A stretch of 64,000 nt of DNA, taken from assembly GCF_050920415.1 (NCBI RefSeq), contig NZ_CP169309.1, one strand, 5' to 3'. The stretch comes from Escherichia coli (lineage in GTDB: Bacteria > Pseudomonadota > Gammaproteobacteria > Enterobacterales > Enterobacteriaceae). Every line of letters starts with the position of its first letter. Position 1 is the stretch's first letter. The notes under the pieces are model-generated. The model saw only the letters and a program-made list of their open reading frames with translations, made no database searches and was not told the origin of the DNA. The translations under genes were made by a program, and so were the position numbers. Of the stretch, positions 1 through 7,726 are shown in pieces.

Positions 1-17
1 ACGGATCTGGAGGTAAC

Positions 18-1067
18 GTGCGGGTATTACTTCGACCTGTACCGGTACCGGAACTCGGGGTGGTTATCGTTAAGCCAGGCCGTGAATCAATGTCGGTATT
101 CCATAACGACAGAGTACTGGTGGAGCCGGAACCAAAAAGCATGCGCGGTCTGCCGTCCGGAGTCGTCCCTACCGTTCGCCAGCCGCTGGCGGAGGATAAA
201 TCATTACTGCCGTTTTTCAGTAACAAACGAGTGATTCGTGCTGCTGGCGGCGCTGGTGCACTGTCTGACTGGTTACTGCGCCATGTCAAATCCTGCCAGT
301 GGCCTCATGGTGATTACCACCATAGTGAAACCGTTATTCACCGTTACGGTACCGGCGCGATGGTATTGTGCTGGCACTGCGACAACCAGCTGCGCGACCA
401 GACATCGGAATCACTCGAGCAACTTGCTCAACAAAATCTGACAGCCTGGATGCTTGAGGTTATACGTCACGCAATGAATGGCACGCAGGAGCGGGAATTA
501 TCGCTGGCTGAATTATCCTGGTGGGCGGTTTGCAATCAGGTGGTGGATGCTCTACCTGAGGCAGTATCACGTCGTTCGTTGGGATTACCGGTGGAAAAAA
601 TCCTCTCTGTGTATCGCGAGAGCGACATCGTACCGGGAGAACAGACAGCCACCAGCATACTGAAGCAGCGCACAAAAAATATTGCGCTACCGCCTCACGT
701 CCACCAGCAACAAAACTCACCACAGGAAAAGGCGGTGGTAAGCATCGCCGTTGATCCTGAGTCCCCGGAATCTTTCATGAAGCGACCTAAACGTCGCCGT
801 TGGGTAAATGAGAAATACACACGCTGGGTAAAGACACAGTCGTGTGCGTGCTGTGGTAAGCCAGCTGACGATCCCCATCACCTGATAGGTCATGGTCAGG
901 GCGGAATGGGAACAAAGGCCCACGATATTTTCACGTTACCGTTGTGTCGTAAACATCATAACGAGCTTCATGCAGAACCGTTGGCGTTCGAAGAAAAGCA
1001 TGGTTCTCAGGTTGATTTAATTTTTCGTTTTCTTGATCACGCCTTTGCAACCGGCGTGCTCGGATAA
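18..1067 (+). CDS. Prophage nin-region protein with C-terminal Cys/His-rich HNH-like motif (CxxC...HHL..H....C..HH...H); resembles E. coli prophage YdfU/DUF-type proteins; 5' end may lie outside window
   Basis: 349-aa ORF directly upstream of rusA and the Q-like gene; zinc-finger/HNH-like motif visible in translation; no stop upstream of position 18. Confidence 0.5.
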   Translation: MRVLLRPVPVPELGVVIVKPGRESMSVFHNDRVLVEPEPKSMRGLPSGVVPTVRQPLAEDKSLLPFFSNKRVIRAAGGAGALSDWLLRHVKSCQWPHGDYHHSETVIHRYGTGAMVLCWHCDNQLRDQTSESLEQLAQQNLTAWMLEVIRHAMNGTQERELSLAELSWWAVCNQVVDALPEAVSRRSLGLPVEKILSVYRESDIVPGEQTATSILKQRTKNIALPPHVHQQQNSPQEKAVVSIAVDPESPESFMKRPKRRRWVNEKYTRWVKTQSCACCGKPADDPHHLIGHGQGGMGTKAHDIFTLPLCRKHHNELHAEPLAFEEKHGSQVDLIFRFLDHAFATGVLG

Positions 1068-1076
1068 AAGAGGTTA

Positions 1077-1439
1077 TTGATGGGGATAGAATTTGTTTTG
1101 CCTTACCCGCCGACGGTAAATACCTACTGGCGTCGTCGTGGCAGCACATATTTTGTATCAAAAGCAGGGGAGCGTTATCGCCGGGATGTGGCGCTTATTG
1201 TTCGCCAGCAGCGGCTGAAATTAAATCTGTCCGGAAGGCTGGCAATAAAAATTATTGCAGAGCCACCGGATAAGCGCCGTCGTGACCTGGACAATATTCT
1301 GAAAGCACCACTGGATGCACTGACACATGCGGGACTGCTTATCGACGACGAGCAGTTTGATGAAGTTAATATTATGCGCGGTCAGGTTGTTCCCGGTGGT
1401 CGGCTGGGGATAAAAATCACAGAACTGGAGTGCGCATGA
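1077..1439 (+). CDS. rusA: RusA crossover junction endodeoxyribonuclease (Holliday junction resolvase)
   Basis: 120-aa translation recognisably matches the RusA family; typical nin-region position upstream of Q. Confidence 0.9.
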   Translation: MMGIEFVLPYPPTVNTYWRRRGSTYFVSKAGERYRRDVALIVRQQRLKLNLSGRLAIKIIAEPPDKRRRDLDNILKAPLDALTHAGLLIDDEQFDEVNIMRGQVVPGGRLGIKITELECA

Positions 1440-2101
1440 ATAACCAGTATTTACAGTTTGTGCGTGAGCAGCTCACGATCGCCACCGCTGATTTGAGTGG
1501 AGCAACAAAAGGTCAGCTTGAAGCCTGGCAGGAGAATGCCATGTTCAATACAGGGCGTTACAGACGTAAAAAAATCCGGTACCGCGATAAGGTCACTGGA
1601 AAAATAGTAACGCTGGATAATCCACCGATCCCGGGAAAGCAATCGCTGGCGAAAGGTTCATCAATTGCCCTGGTCAGTCCGGTTGAGTTTTCGACATCAT
1701 CATGGCGACGCGCCGTTCTGTCTCTTGAAGAACATCATAAAGCCTGGCTGCTGTGGTGTTACAGCGGTAGCATTTGCTGGGAGCATCAGATCGCGATAAC
1801 GCAGTGGGCGTGGATTGAATTTAATGCTCAATCCGGTACCAGAAAAATTGCAGGAAAAACTCTGGTGCGCCTGAAGACGTTGAGCTGGTTGGCGGCGCAG
1901 GCGGTAAAAGCTGAGCTTTTTGGTGGGGAAGGTTACGAATACCAGGAACTGGCGTTACTGGTGGGAGTAACAACCAAAAACTGGTCCAAGACATTTACTG
2001 GTCACTGGGTTGCAATGAAACACATTTTTCATCGGCTGGATAGTGAAGCTTTATTGTTAGTGGAGAGAACACGTTCAAAACAAAAGGCGGCATTTTCATA
2101 G
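1430..2101 (+). CDS. Putative late-gene antiterminator (Q-family by position)
   Basis: 223-aa ORF immediately upstream of a promoter plus short-transcript terminator (pR'/tR' arrangement) and the late region; assignment by synteny, sequence not confidently recognised. Confidence 0.45.
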   Translation: MRMNNQYLQFVREQLTIATADLSGATKGQLEAWQENAMFNTGRYRRKKIRYRDKVTGKIVTLDNPPIPGKQSLAKGSSIALVSPVEFSTSSWRRAVLSLEEHHKAWLLWCYSGSICWEHQIAITQWAWIEFNAQSGTRKIAGKTLVRLKTLSWLAAQAVKAELFGGEGYEYQELALLVGVTTKNWSKTFTGHWVAMKHIFHRLDSEALLLVERTRSKQKAAFS

Positions 2102-2108
2102 CAAAGTA

Positions 2109-2137
2109 TTGCAAAAGTAGATTAAAACGCATATATT
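2109..2137 (+). promoter_or_regulatory. pR'-like late promoter (TTGCAA -17 bp- TATATT) immediately after the Q-like stop
   Basis: -35 TTGCAA at 2109-2114, 17-bp spacer, -10 TATATT at 2132-2137. Confidence 0.4.
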
Positions 2138-2188
2138 TCGTGTAAATCTGATATTTTGCCGTTTTTATACGTGATGGCAAAGCTAGTA

Positions 2189-2214
2189 AAACCCGCGACC
2201 GAGCGGGTTTTTTA
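2189..2214 (+). terminator. tR'-like rho-independent terminator (aaacccgc-gaccga-gcgggttt + T-run)
   Basis: Perfect 8-bp stem, 6-nt loop, followed by T-run; about 50-70 nt downstream of the pR'-like promoter, as for lambda 6S RNA. Confidence 0.6.
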
Positions 2215-2287
2215 TCCCCCCAAAAAATGGCATAGACATTAAACGTGATGACGATTGTGCCAATACTTTCTCCATCAATGACGCCCC

Positions 2288-2317
2288 TTGACTGCATGGA
2301 ATCCAATTTGTTATGTA
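2288..2317 (+). promoter_or_regulatory. Candidate sigma70 promoter for the moron membrane-protein gene (TTGACT ... TGtTATGTA)
   Basis: Consensus-like -35 TTGACT at 2288-2293; extended -10-like TGnTATGTA about 18 bp downstream; lies after tR' and before the ATG at 2356. Confidence 0.3.
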
Positions 2318-2355
2318 ATATGTGTTGATATTTTTGAGTTGTTAATGGTGTTACT

Positions 2356-3069
2356 ATGAATGACAGTGCTCTGCTCAGAAACTCTTCACTTTTTGTTGCT
2401 TATATGGGCTGTCTAGGATGGGGAAGCGCTTATTTCTATGGATGGGGTACTTCATTTTACTATGGCTTTCCATGGTGGGTTGTCGGGGCTGGTGTCGATG
2501 ATGTTGCACGAAGTTTGTTTTATGCTGTGACAGTTATCGTTATATTCCTTATTGGATGGGGAGTTGGTATTGTTTTCTTTTTGGGCATAAAACAAAAGCG
2601 CAATATACAAAATTTGAGTTTTATCCGGCTTTTTCTCGCGATATTGCTGCTTTTTATTCCACCTGTTCTGGAGTTTTCGGTAATTCATCAGCATGTTGAG
2701 CCAGATGTACTGATTTTCTGCATTCTTGCTGCCTTTACAATCACGCTTTTTGTCAGGTCTGGAAGAAGACTTGTTTCAGTCAAATGTTTTTCGGAAATGT
2801 CTTTTATTCGCCATCACCGAATTGAGTTCATGATGGCTGGGTTTATGATTTATTTCTGGGCATTCTCTCTTATTGCCGGTTGGTACAAACCACAGTTTAA
2901 GAGGGAATATCAGGCGATCCACTATGAGAATGTATGGTATTACATTATTGCGCGTTATGATGATCGTCTGGTGTTATCGAAATCATACAGGAGTGGGGGT
3001 AAGAAATTCGTTATATTTAATAGCGGAAATATTAATGATTTTGAAATTAATACTATCAGAGTGCGTTAA
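2356..3069 (+). CDS. Uncharacterised integral membrane protein (about 4 predicted TM helices, Trp/Tyr/Gly-rich N-terminus, about 60-aa soluble C-terminal tail); moron
   Basis: 237-aa ORF, AT-rich codon usage unlike flanking phage genes, hydrophobic segments visible in translation; no family recognised. Confidence 0.7.
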   Translation: MNDSALLRNSSLFVAYMGCLGWGSAYFYGWGTSFYYGFPWWVVGAGVDDVARSLFYAVTVIVIFLIGWGVGIVFFLGIKQKRNIQNLSFIRLFLAILLLFIPPVLEFSVIHQHVEPDVLIFCILAAFTITLFVRSGRRLVSVKCFSEMSFIRHHRIEFMMAGFMIYFWAFSLIAGWYKPQFKREYQAIHYENVWYYIIARYDDRLVLSKSYRSGGKKFVIFNSGNINDFEINTIRVR

Positions 3070-3243
3070 AATTTCTTGAGTAATGAAGATTTTTACTGCC
3101 CGGCATTGAGCGGTTTTTTTATGCCAGAAAAATGGTGTGGTACATAAAATGTGCTGGTGGTTATTAATACCGGTCTTTCAGCTTGCTGGCTTTTTCGACA
3201 AGAGTTATTGGTATGTCACGTTAACCAATAAAGAGAAAAAGAC

Positions 3244-3441
3244 ATGCTAAAACAGCAGGATATGACCGAAACAGCCAGAGTGGTGTTTAATGAATTAAGC
3301 GTCACTGAACCGGCAACAGTTGGGGAAATTGCGCAGAATACTTACCTTTCACGCGAACGCTGCCAGTTAATACTGACCCAGCTTGTGATGGCGGGTCTGG
3401 CAGATTATCAGTTCGGTTGTTACAGACGCCTTCCGCAGTGA
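3244..3441 (+). CDS. Small (65 aa) putative winged-helix/HTH DNA-binding protein
   Basis: Helix-turn-helix-like segment (ATVGEIAQNTYLSRERCQLILTQLVMAGLA); own rho-independent terminator overlapping the stop. Confidence 0.45.
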   Translation: MLKQQDMTETARVVFNELSVTEPATVGEIAQNTYLSRERCQLILTQLVMAGLADYQFGCYRRLPQ

Positions 3442-3452
3442 AGGCTTTTTAC
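3428..3452 (+). terminator. Rho-independent terminator (gccttc-cgcagt-gaaggc + TTTTT)
   Basis: 6-bp perfect stem plus T-run overlapping the stop of the 65-aa ORF. Confidence 0.5.
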
Positions 3453-3591
3453 TTTGTGGTAATGGGCGGCTGGTGGGTGTTAGCGGCACCTGCCAGCCAT
3501 CTGCTCATGTGTTGAGGTCACAAGCAAACCTCAGGCCCATCTGCTTTGCGCAAAAGCGGTATGAGCCTATCAGAGAAGTGCTTATTGATCT

Positions 3592-4677
3592 ATGGCTAAT
3601 ACTGTAAAAATATCCAGTTGTGAGTTAATCAACACTGATTGCCTGGAATTTATCCAGACCTTATCGGAAAACTCTGTCGATCTTATAGTCACAGACCCGC
3701 CATATTTTAAAGTGAAGCCCGAGGGCTGGGATAACCAGTGGAAGGGCGACGATGATTACCTAAAATGGCTGGACCAGTGTCTGGCTCAGTTCTGGCGGGT
3801 ACTGAAGCCTGCCGGAAGTCTTTACCTGTTTTGTGGTCATCGCCTGGCATCTGATATCGAAATCATGATGCGTGAGCGCTTTAATGTGCTGAACCACATT
3901 ATCTGGGCGAAGCCGTCCGGACGCTGGAACGGGTGCAACAAAGAAAGCCTGCGGGCGTATTTCCCGGCAACAGAGCGCATTCTGTTTGCCGAACATTATC
4001 AGGGGCCATATCAGCCAAAAAATGCCGGCTATGCGGCAAAGGAGCGCGAGCTTAAACAACACGTCATGGCCCCGCTGATTTTTTACTTTCGTGATGCGCG
4101 TGAATCACTGGGAATAACGTCCAAACAGATAGCGGAAGCCACCGGAAAGAAAAACATGGTGTCGCACTGGTTTGGTACCAGTCAGTGGCAGTTACCGAAC
4201 GAAGCTGATTACAGAAAACTGCAGGCGCTGTTCGCGCGTGTTGCAGAAGAAAAACACCAGCGTGGGGAGCTGGCAACGCCACACCAACTGCTGGTCAGCA
4301 CATACAGTGAACTGAACCGGCAATATGCCAGTCTGCTTGAGGAATACAAATCTCTGCGGCGTTATTTTTCTGTATCGGCCGCCGTTCCTTATACGGATGT
4401 CTGGACGCATAAGCCCGTACAGTATTATCCGGGTAAGCATCCCTGCGAAAAACCGGCGGATATGTTGCGTCAGATAATTTCTGCCAGCAGTCGTCCGGGG
4501 GATGTGGTTGCGGATTTTTTTATGGGATCGGGGGCAACAATAAAAGCAGCAATGGGATTGGGGCGTCGCACGATTGGGGTTGAACTTGAGTCCGGGCGTT
4601 TTGAACAAACAGTTGGTGAAATATTGGTGCTGAACGATAAATTGCGAAATGCACAATTAGATAAGAACAGGAGCTAA
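3592..4677 (+). CDS. DNA methyltransferase, beta-class (N6-adenine or N4-cytosine); apparently orphan
   Basis: Motif IV DPPY near N-terminus (LIVTDPPYF), motif I FxGxG-like (DFFMGSGAT) near C-terminus; no restriction endonuclease ORF adjacent. Confidence 0.85.
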   Translation: MANTVKISSCELINTDCLEFIQTLSENSVDLIVTDPPYFKVKPEGWDNQWKGDDDYLKWLDQCLAQFWRVLKPAGSLYLFCGHRLASDIEIMMRERFNVLNHIIWAKPSGRWNGCNKESLRAYFPATERILFAEHYQGPYQPKNAGYAAKERELKQHVMAPLIFYFRDARESLGITSKQIAEATGKKNMVSHWFGTSQWQLPNEADYRKLQALFARVAEEKHQRGELATPHQLLVSTYSELNRQYASLLEEYKSLRRYFSVSAAVPYTDVWTHKPVQYYPGKHPCEKPADMLRQIISASSRPGDVVADFFMGSGATIKAAMGLGRRTIGVELESGRFEQTVGEILVLNDKLRNAQLDKNRS

Positions 4678-5197
4678 TCCTCGATTAATATCTAAGCCAA
4701 GCAGGATGCTTGGAAGTTCTGATATATTCTTATCGTTTTTCGGTATTTAAAACTGATTTTCGCTGGTTGCGAAAGCACGTGGTCGGGCACTGCGTTCACA
4801 CATGCAGGAGGGTGTGAAGTCAGCTTTTTTTCTGTGTATTCAGATGGCGTTCTGATTCTATAACGAGTTACGTGGACATCAGGGATGGAGAGAATAGGAA
4901 CGCCATCTTAATACATTTTCCCCGTTTATTTGATATATCTTCCGGATAAGGGATTAGGTCTGGTTTTTTATGTCATTCAATAACGCTCTTCTATACTGTA
5001 TACAATACTTTATCCTGGCAGTGTGTTTAAAACCTGAACTTATCCTTTGTTTCGTTTATAGACAGAAGGGTTAATATCGACTTATCATCAGCAGGATGGC
5101 AACAGATGTGTAAGCAGCTGGTCACCAGTTATACTTCAGTGGTACTTCTGAGTGCTTCTCTCCGTGAAATGATTATCATCCAGATGACAGGAGTAGA

Positions 5198-5476
5198 GTG
5201 AATATTGATGATATTTCCAGGTGCTCCAGCTTGTTGCAGCGTATTGAGGATGTTAATGCTGAACGAGCCAGGGCCTTTAGTCGTTTGACAGTTATATTTT
5301 CTACCCCTGATCGCCTTTCAGGAAAGAACATTGTTTTATTAAACAGTGATGCCATCCATAAGGTTTTTGAAGAGTTCATGGCTGCTAATTCAGAATTGCT
5401 GGCTCTTGTTGAGGAATACAACGAGATAGCCAGCCGTGTCGGTATGGATGAATTCAACGTCATACTTCGTGGATAA
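5198..5476 (+). CDS. Hypothetical protein (92 aa), GTG start with AGGAG RBS
   Basis: ORF preceded by AGGAG at 5187-5191 and followed by a strong terminator. Confidence 0.45.
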   Translation: MNIDDISRCSSLLQRIEDVNAERARAFSRLTVIFSTPDRLSGKNIVLLNSDAIHKVFEEFMAANSELLALVEEYNEIASRVGMDEFNVILRG

Positions 5477-5499
5477 AAACATGCTTCATATTTTCTGTT

Positions 5500-5524
5500 A
5501 GCTCGCTACGGCGAGCTTTTTTTG
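5500..5524 (+). terminator. Rho-independent terminator (agctcgc-tacg-gcgagct + T-run)
   Basis: 7-bp perfect stem, tetraloop, T-run of 8. Confidence 0.65.
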
Positions 5525-5657
5525 TATCTGAGCCACACCTGGCGCACATCAAAAACACAGAGCCTTTCAGGAGGTGCTTACGGGATTGTCAGTGTGACTT
5601 TCACTGTGGGCTGGTAACCATCTGGCGCAGGCTCGTCTACGCAAAGGAAAAGTCACG

Positions 5658-6083
5658 ATGTTAGGTATTTTCAAAAAGAAAACCCGCAAGGCCATCACAG
5701 AAGTGAAGAAGATGGAGAACCGTGATGCGGTGGAGGCGACCGTCTGGGGCGCATATTCCATTGCATATGCCGACGGCACCTGCGATGCGAAAGAAATCGC
5801 AGTACTGGAGAAAACTATTGCTGCGCTTCCTGCTTTTGCACCGTTCTCTGGTGAGATTGCCCAGATGAGCGCCAATATCCGCGCCCGTTATGAAGCGTCA
5901 CCGCGTAGTGCGAATGCGCATGCATTGCGTGAGCTGGCTGATGTGGCGGGGACAACTGAGGCGGTTGACGTGCTTTGCCTCTGTCTGGATATCGCTGATC
6001 AGGATGGCATTGGTCCGGATGAAGAAGCGCAGCTCAAGAAAATTGCACAGGCGCTTCAGTTACCACTGGAGCAGTATCTGTGA
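5658..6083 (+). CDS. TerB-like (tellurite-resistance TerB / DjlA N-terminal domain family) protein
   Basis: 141-aa helical protein whose acidic C-terminal motif (LCLCLDIADQDGIGPDEEAQLKKIAQAL) is typical of TerB-domain proteins. Confidence 0.55.
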   Translation: MLGIFKKKTRKAITEVKKMENRDAVEATVWGAYSIAYADGTCDAKEIAVLEKTIAALPAFAPFSGEIAQMSANIRARYEASPRSANAHALRELADVAGTTEAVDVLCLCLDIADQDGIGPDEEAQLKKIAQALQLPLEQYL

Positions 6084-6232
6084 AAAGTGCGGGCCTTGTG
6101 CTGGCTGCCATCCTGTTGTTTCTGGTAGTGGCAGTGGATTTCACTGGATGGCTGATGTCGGTACTGGCTGATGGTGTGCTGGTGGCGATGGTAACGGTCT
6201 TACTCTGGCCTTTACTTCGCAAATCTGAATAA
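6080..6232 (+). CDS. Possible small hydrophobic membrane protein (about 50 aa, GTG start overlapping the TerB-like stop)
   Basis: Unannotated frame reading VKSAGLVLAAILLFLVVAVDFTGWLMSVLADGVLVAMVTVLLWPLLRKSE; two hydrophobic stretches; start codon uncertain. Confidence 0.3.
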   Translation: MKSAGLVLAAILLFLVVAVDFTGWLMSVLADGVLVAMVTVLLWPLLRKSE

Positions 6233-6317
6233 ACAGCCTACAAAAGGTATCTGCGGGTACCTTTGATAAAGTTTTTTAGGGCCGCTGATGGTCCTTTTTA
6301 TTTACAGGAGAATAAAT

Positions 6318-6710
6318 ATGTCTGAACCCTTATCCGGTTCCGGCACTGCTGTGGCGCTCGGCGGGGCGACGGTATTCGGGCTGTTTACCGGGACGGATTT
6401 CGGGATTGTATTTGGTGCGTTCGCTGGTGCGTTATTTGTGGCAACAATGCCGCAGACACTTTCAGCCTGGCGTGTGGCTGCACATTTTCTGGTGTCCTTT
6501 ATTGTTGGTGTGCTTGGGGCCCGTGGTGTGGCCGGTTACATGGCGGAACGTATTGGGTTTAACAGTGCTTCCGTTGATGCGTTGTGTGCGGTCCTGGTGT
6601 CGGTGCTCTCAGTAAAAGTCCTGTCATTCATCCACCAGCAGGAGATTACATCACTGGTATCCGGTCTGTTCTCCCGTCAGCGTGGAGGAGGTGGTGGTAA
6701 TGACAAATAA
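6318..6710 (+). CDS. Putative holin (multi-TM membrane protein, Gly-rich C-terminus)
   Basis: ATG at 6318 preceded by AGGAG; about 3 hydrophobic helices; lies upstream of the endolysin. Confidence 0.55.
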   Translation: MSEPLSGSGTAVALGGATVFGLFTGTDFGIVFGAFAGALFVATMPQTLSAWRVAAHFLVSFIVGVLGARGVAGYMAERIGFNSASVDALCAVLVSVLSVKVLSFIHQQEITSLVSGLFSRQRGGGGGNDK

Positions 6711-6978
6711 TCTTCCAGGATTACTGAATGCGGCGTTATGTACGGTTATCGTACTGACGCTTTTTTTCTACCGCAGAAAAGAGTCCCGACACAAACCGCT
6801 GATATCGTGGTGCGCCTGGTGTCTGATGCTGTTGTATGCGATAACGCCGTTAAGTTATCTCTGTGGTCATCCGTTGCCGGCAGACTGGCTGGTAGTGATG
6901 CTGAACCTGGTGTTTGGTGTCATGGTAGTGCGTGCGCGCGGTAATGTTTCAAAAATTTTTGCTTTCCTGAGTGGCTGA
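6700..6978 (+). CDS. Putative holin/antiholin-like small membrane protein
   Basis: 92-aa hydrophobic protein (start MTNNLPGLL) overlapping the preceding gene's end and the endolysin start. Confidence 0.5.
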   Translation: MTNNLPGLLNAALCTVIVLTLFFYRRKESRHKPLISWCAWCLMLLYAITPLSYLCGHPLPADWLVVMLNLVFGVMVVRARGNVSKIFAFLSG

Positions 6979-7525
6979 TATGAAATCGAGAGATGAAATT
7001 TTTGATGAAATCCTCGGAAAAGAGGGGGGGTATGTCAGTCATCCTGACGATACAGGCGGAGCGACGAAGTGGGGAATTACTGAAAAAGTGGCGCGCGCGC
7101 ATGGTTACCGTGGTGATATGCGTGATTTGAGCCGCGGGCAGGCTCTGGAAATCCTTGAGGCAGACTATTGGTATGGACCTCGTTTTGACCAGGTGGCAAA
7201 CCTGTCTCCTGATATTGCTGCAGAACTGTGTGATACCGGGGTAAACATGGGGCCGTCGGTAGCCACAAAAATGCTTCAGCGCTGGCTGAATGTGTTTAAT
7301 CAGAAGGGAATGCTGTATCCGGACATAGTTACAGACGGGGGGATCGGGCCGCGAACCATTAATGCGTTACGTTCTTATCTGAAAAATCGCGGCAGGGATG
7401 GCGAACTGGTACTGGTGAAAGCCCTGAACTGTACGCAGGGTGAGCGTTATCTGGCGCTGGCAGAGAAACGCGAGGCTAACGAGTCGTTTGTCTATGGCTG
7501 GATGAAAGAGCGCGTTGGTTTATAA
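6971..7525 (+). CDS. Endolysin, glycoside hydrolase family 108 with C-terminal peptidoglycan-binding domain
   Basis: N-terminal EILGKEGGYVSHPDDTGGATKWGI motif characteristic of GH108 lysozymes. Confidence 0.85.
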   Translation: MADMKSRDEIFDEILGKEGGYVSHPDDTGGATKWGITEKVARAHGYRGDMRDLSRGQALEILEADYWYGPRFDQVANLSPDIAAELCDTGVNMGPSVATKMLQRWLNVFNQKGMLYPDIVTDGGIGPRTINALRSYLKNRGRDGELVLVKALNCTQGERYLALAEKREANESFVYGWMKERVGL

Positions 7526-7533
7526 ACTCATCG

Positions 7534-7558
7534 AAAAGGTCACTTCGGTGGCTTTTTT
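7534..7558 (+). terminator. Rho-independent terminator with UUCG tetraloop (aaaaggtcac-ttcg-gtggc + T-run)
   Basis: Stem with G-U wobble pairs, UUCG loop, T-run of 6, immediately after the endolysin stop. Confidence 0.5.
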
Positions 7559-7726
7559 ATTGTTCAAAAAACGAAAGAACGGAGGTACGTATGTACGCAC
7601 TGAAAAAGATTACGGTAACTGAAGATGGTCGTCAGTAGACTGGCCCCCTGAATCTCCAGACAACCAGTATCACTTAAATAAGTGATAGTCTTAATACTAG
7701 TTTTTAGACTAGTCATTGGAGAACAG

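Noticed and set aside
2100-5200. Shiga toxin or tRNA genes at the Q-lysis moron site
   Set aside because: No stxA/stxB-like ORFs and no tRNA-like sequence were found by inspection; the site holds the uncharacterised cluster instead
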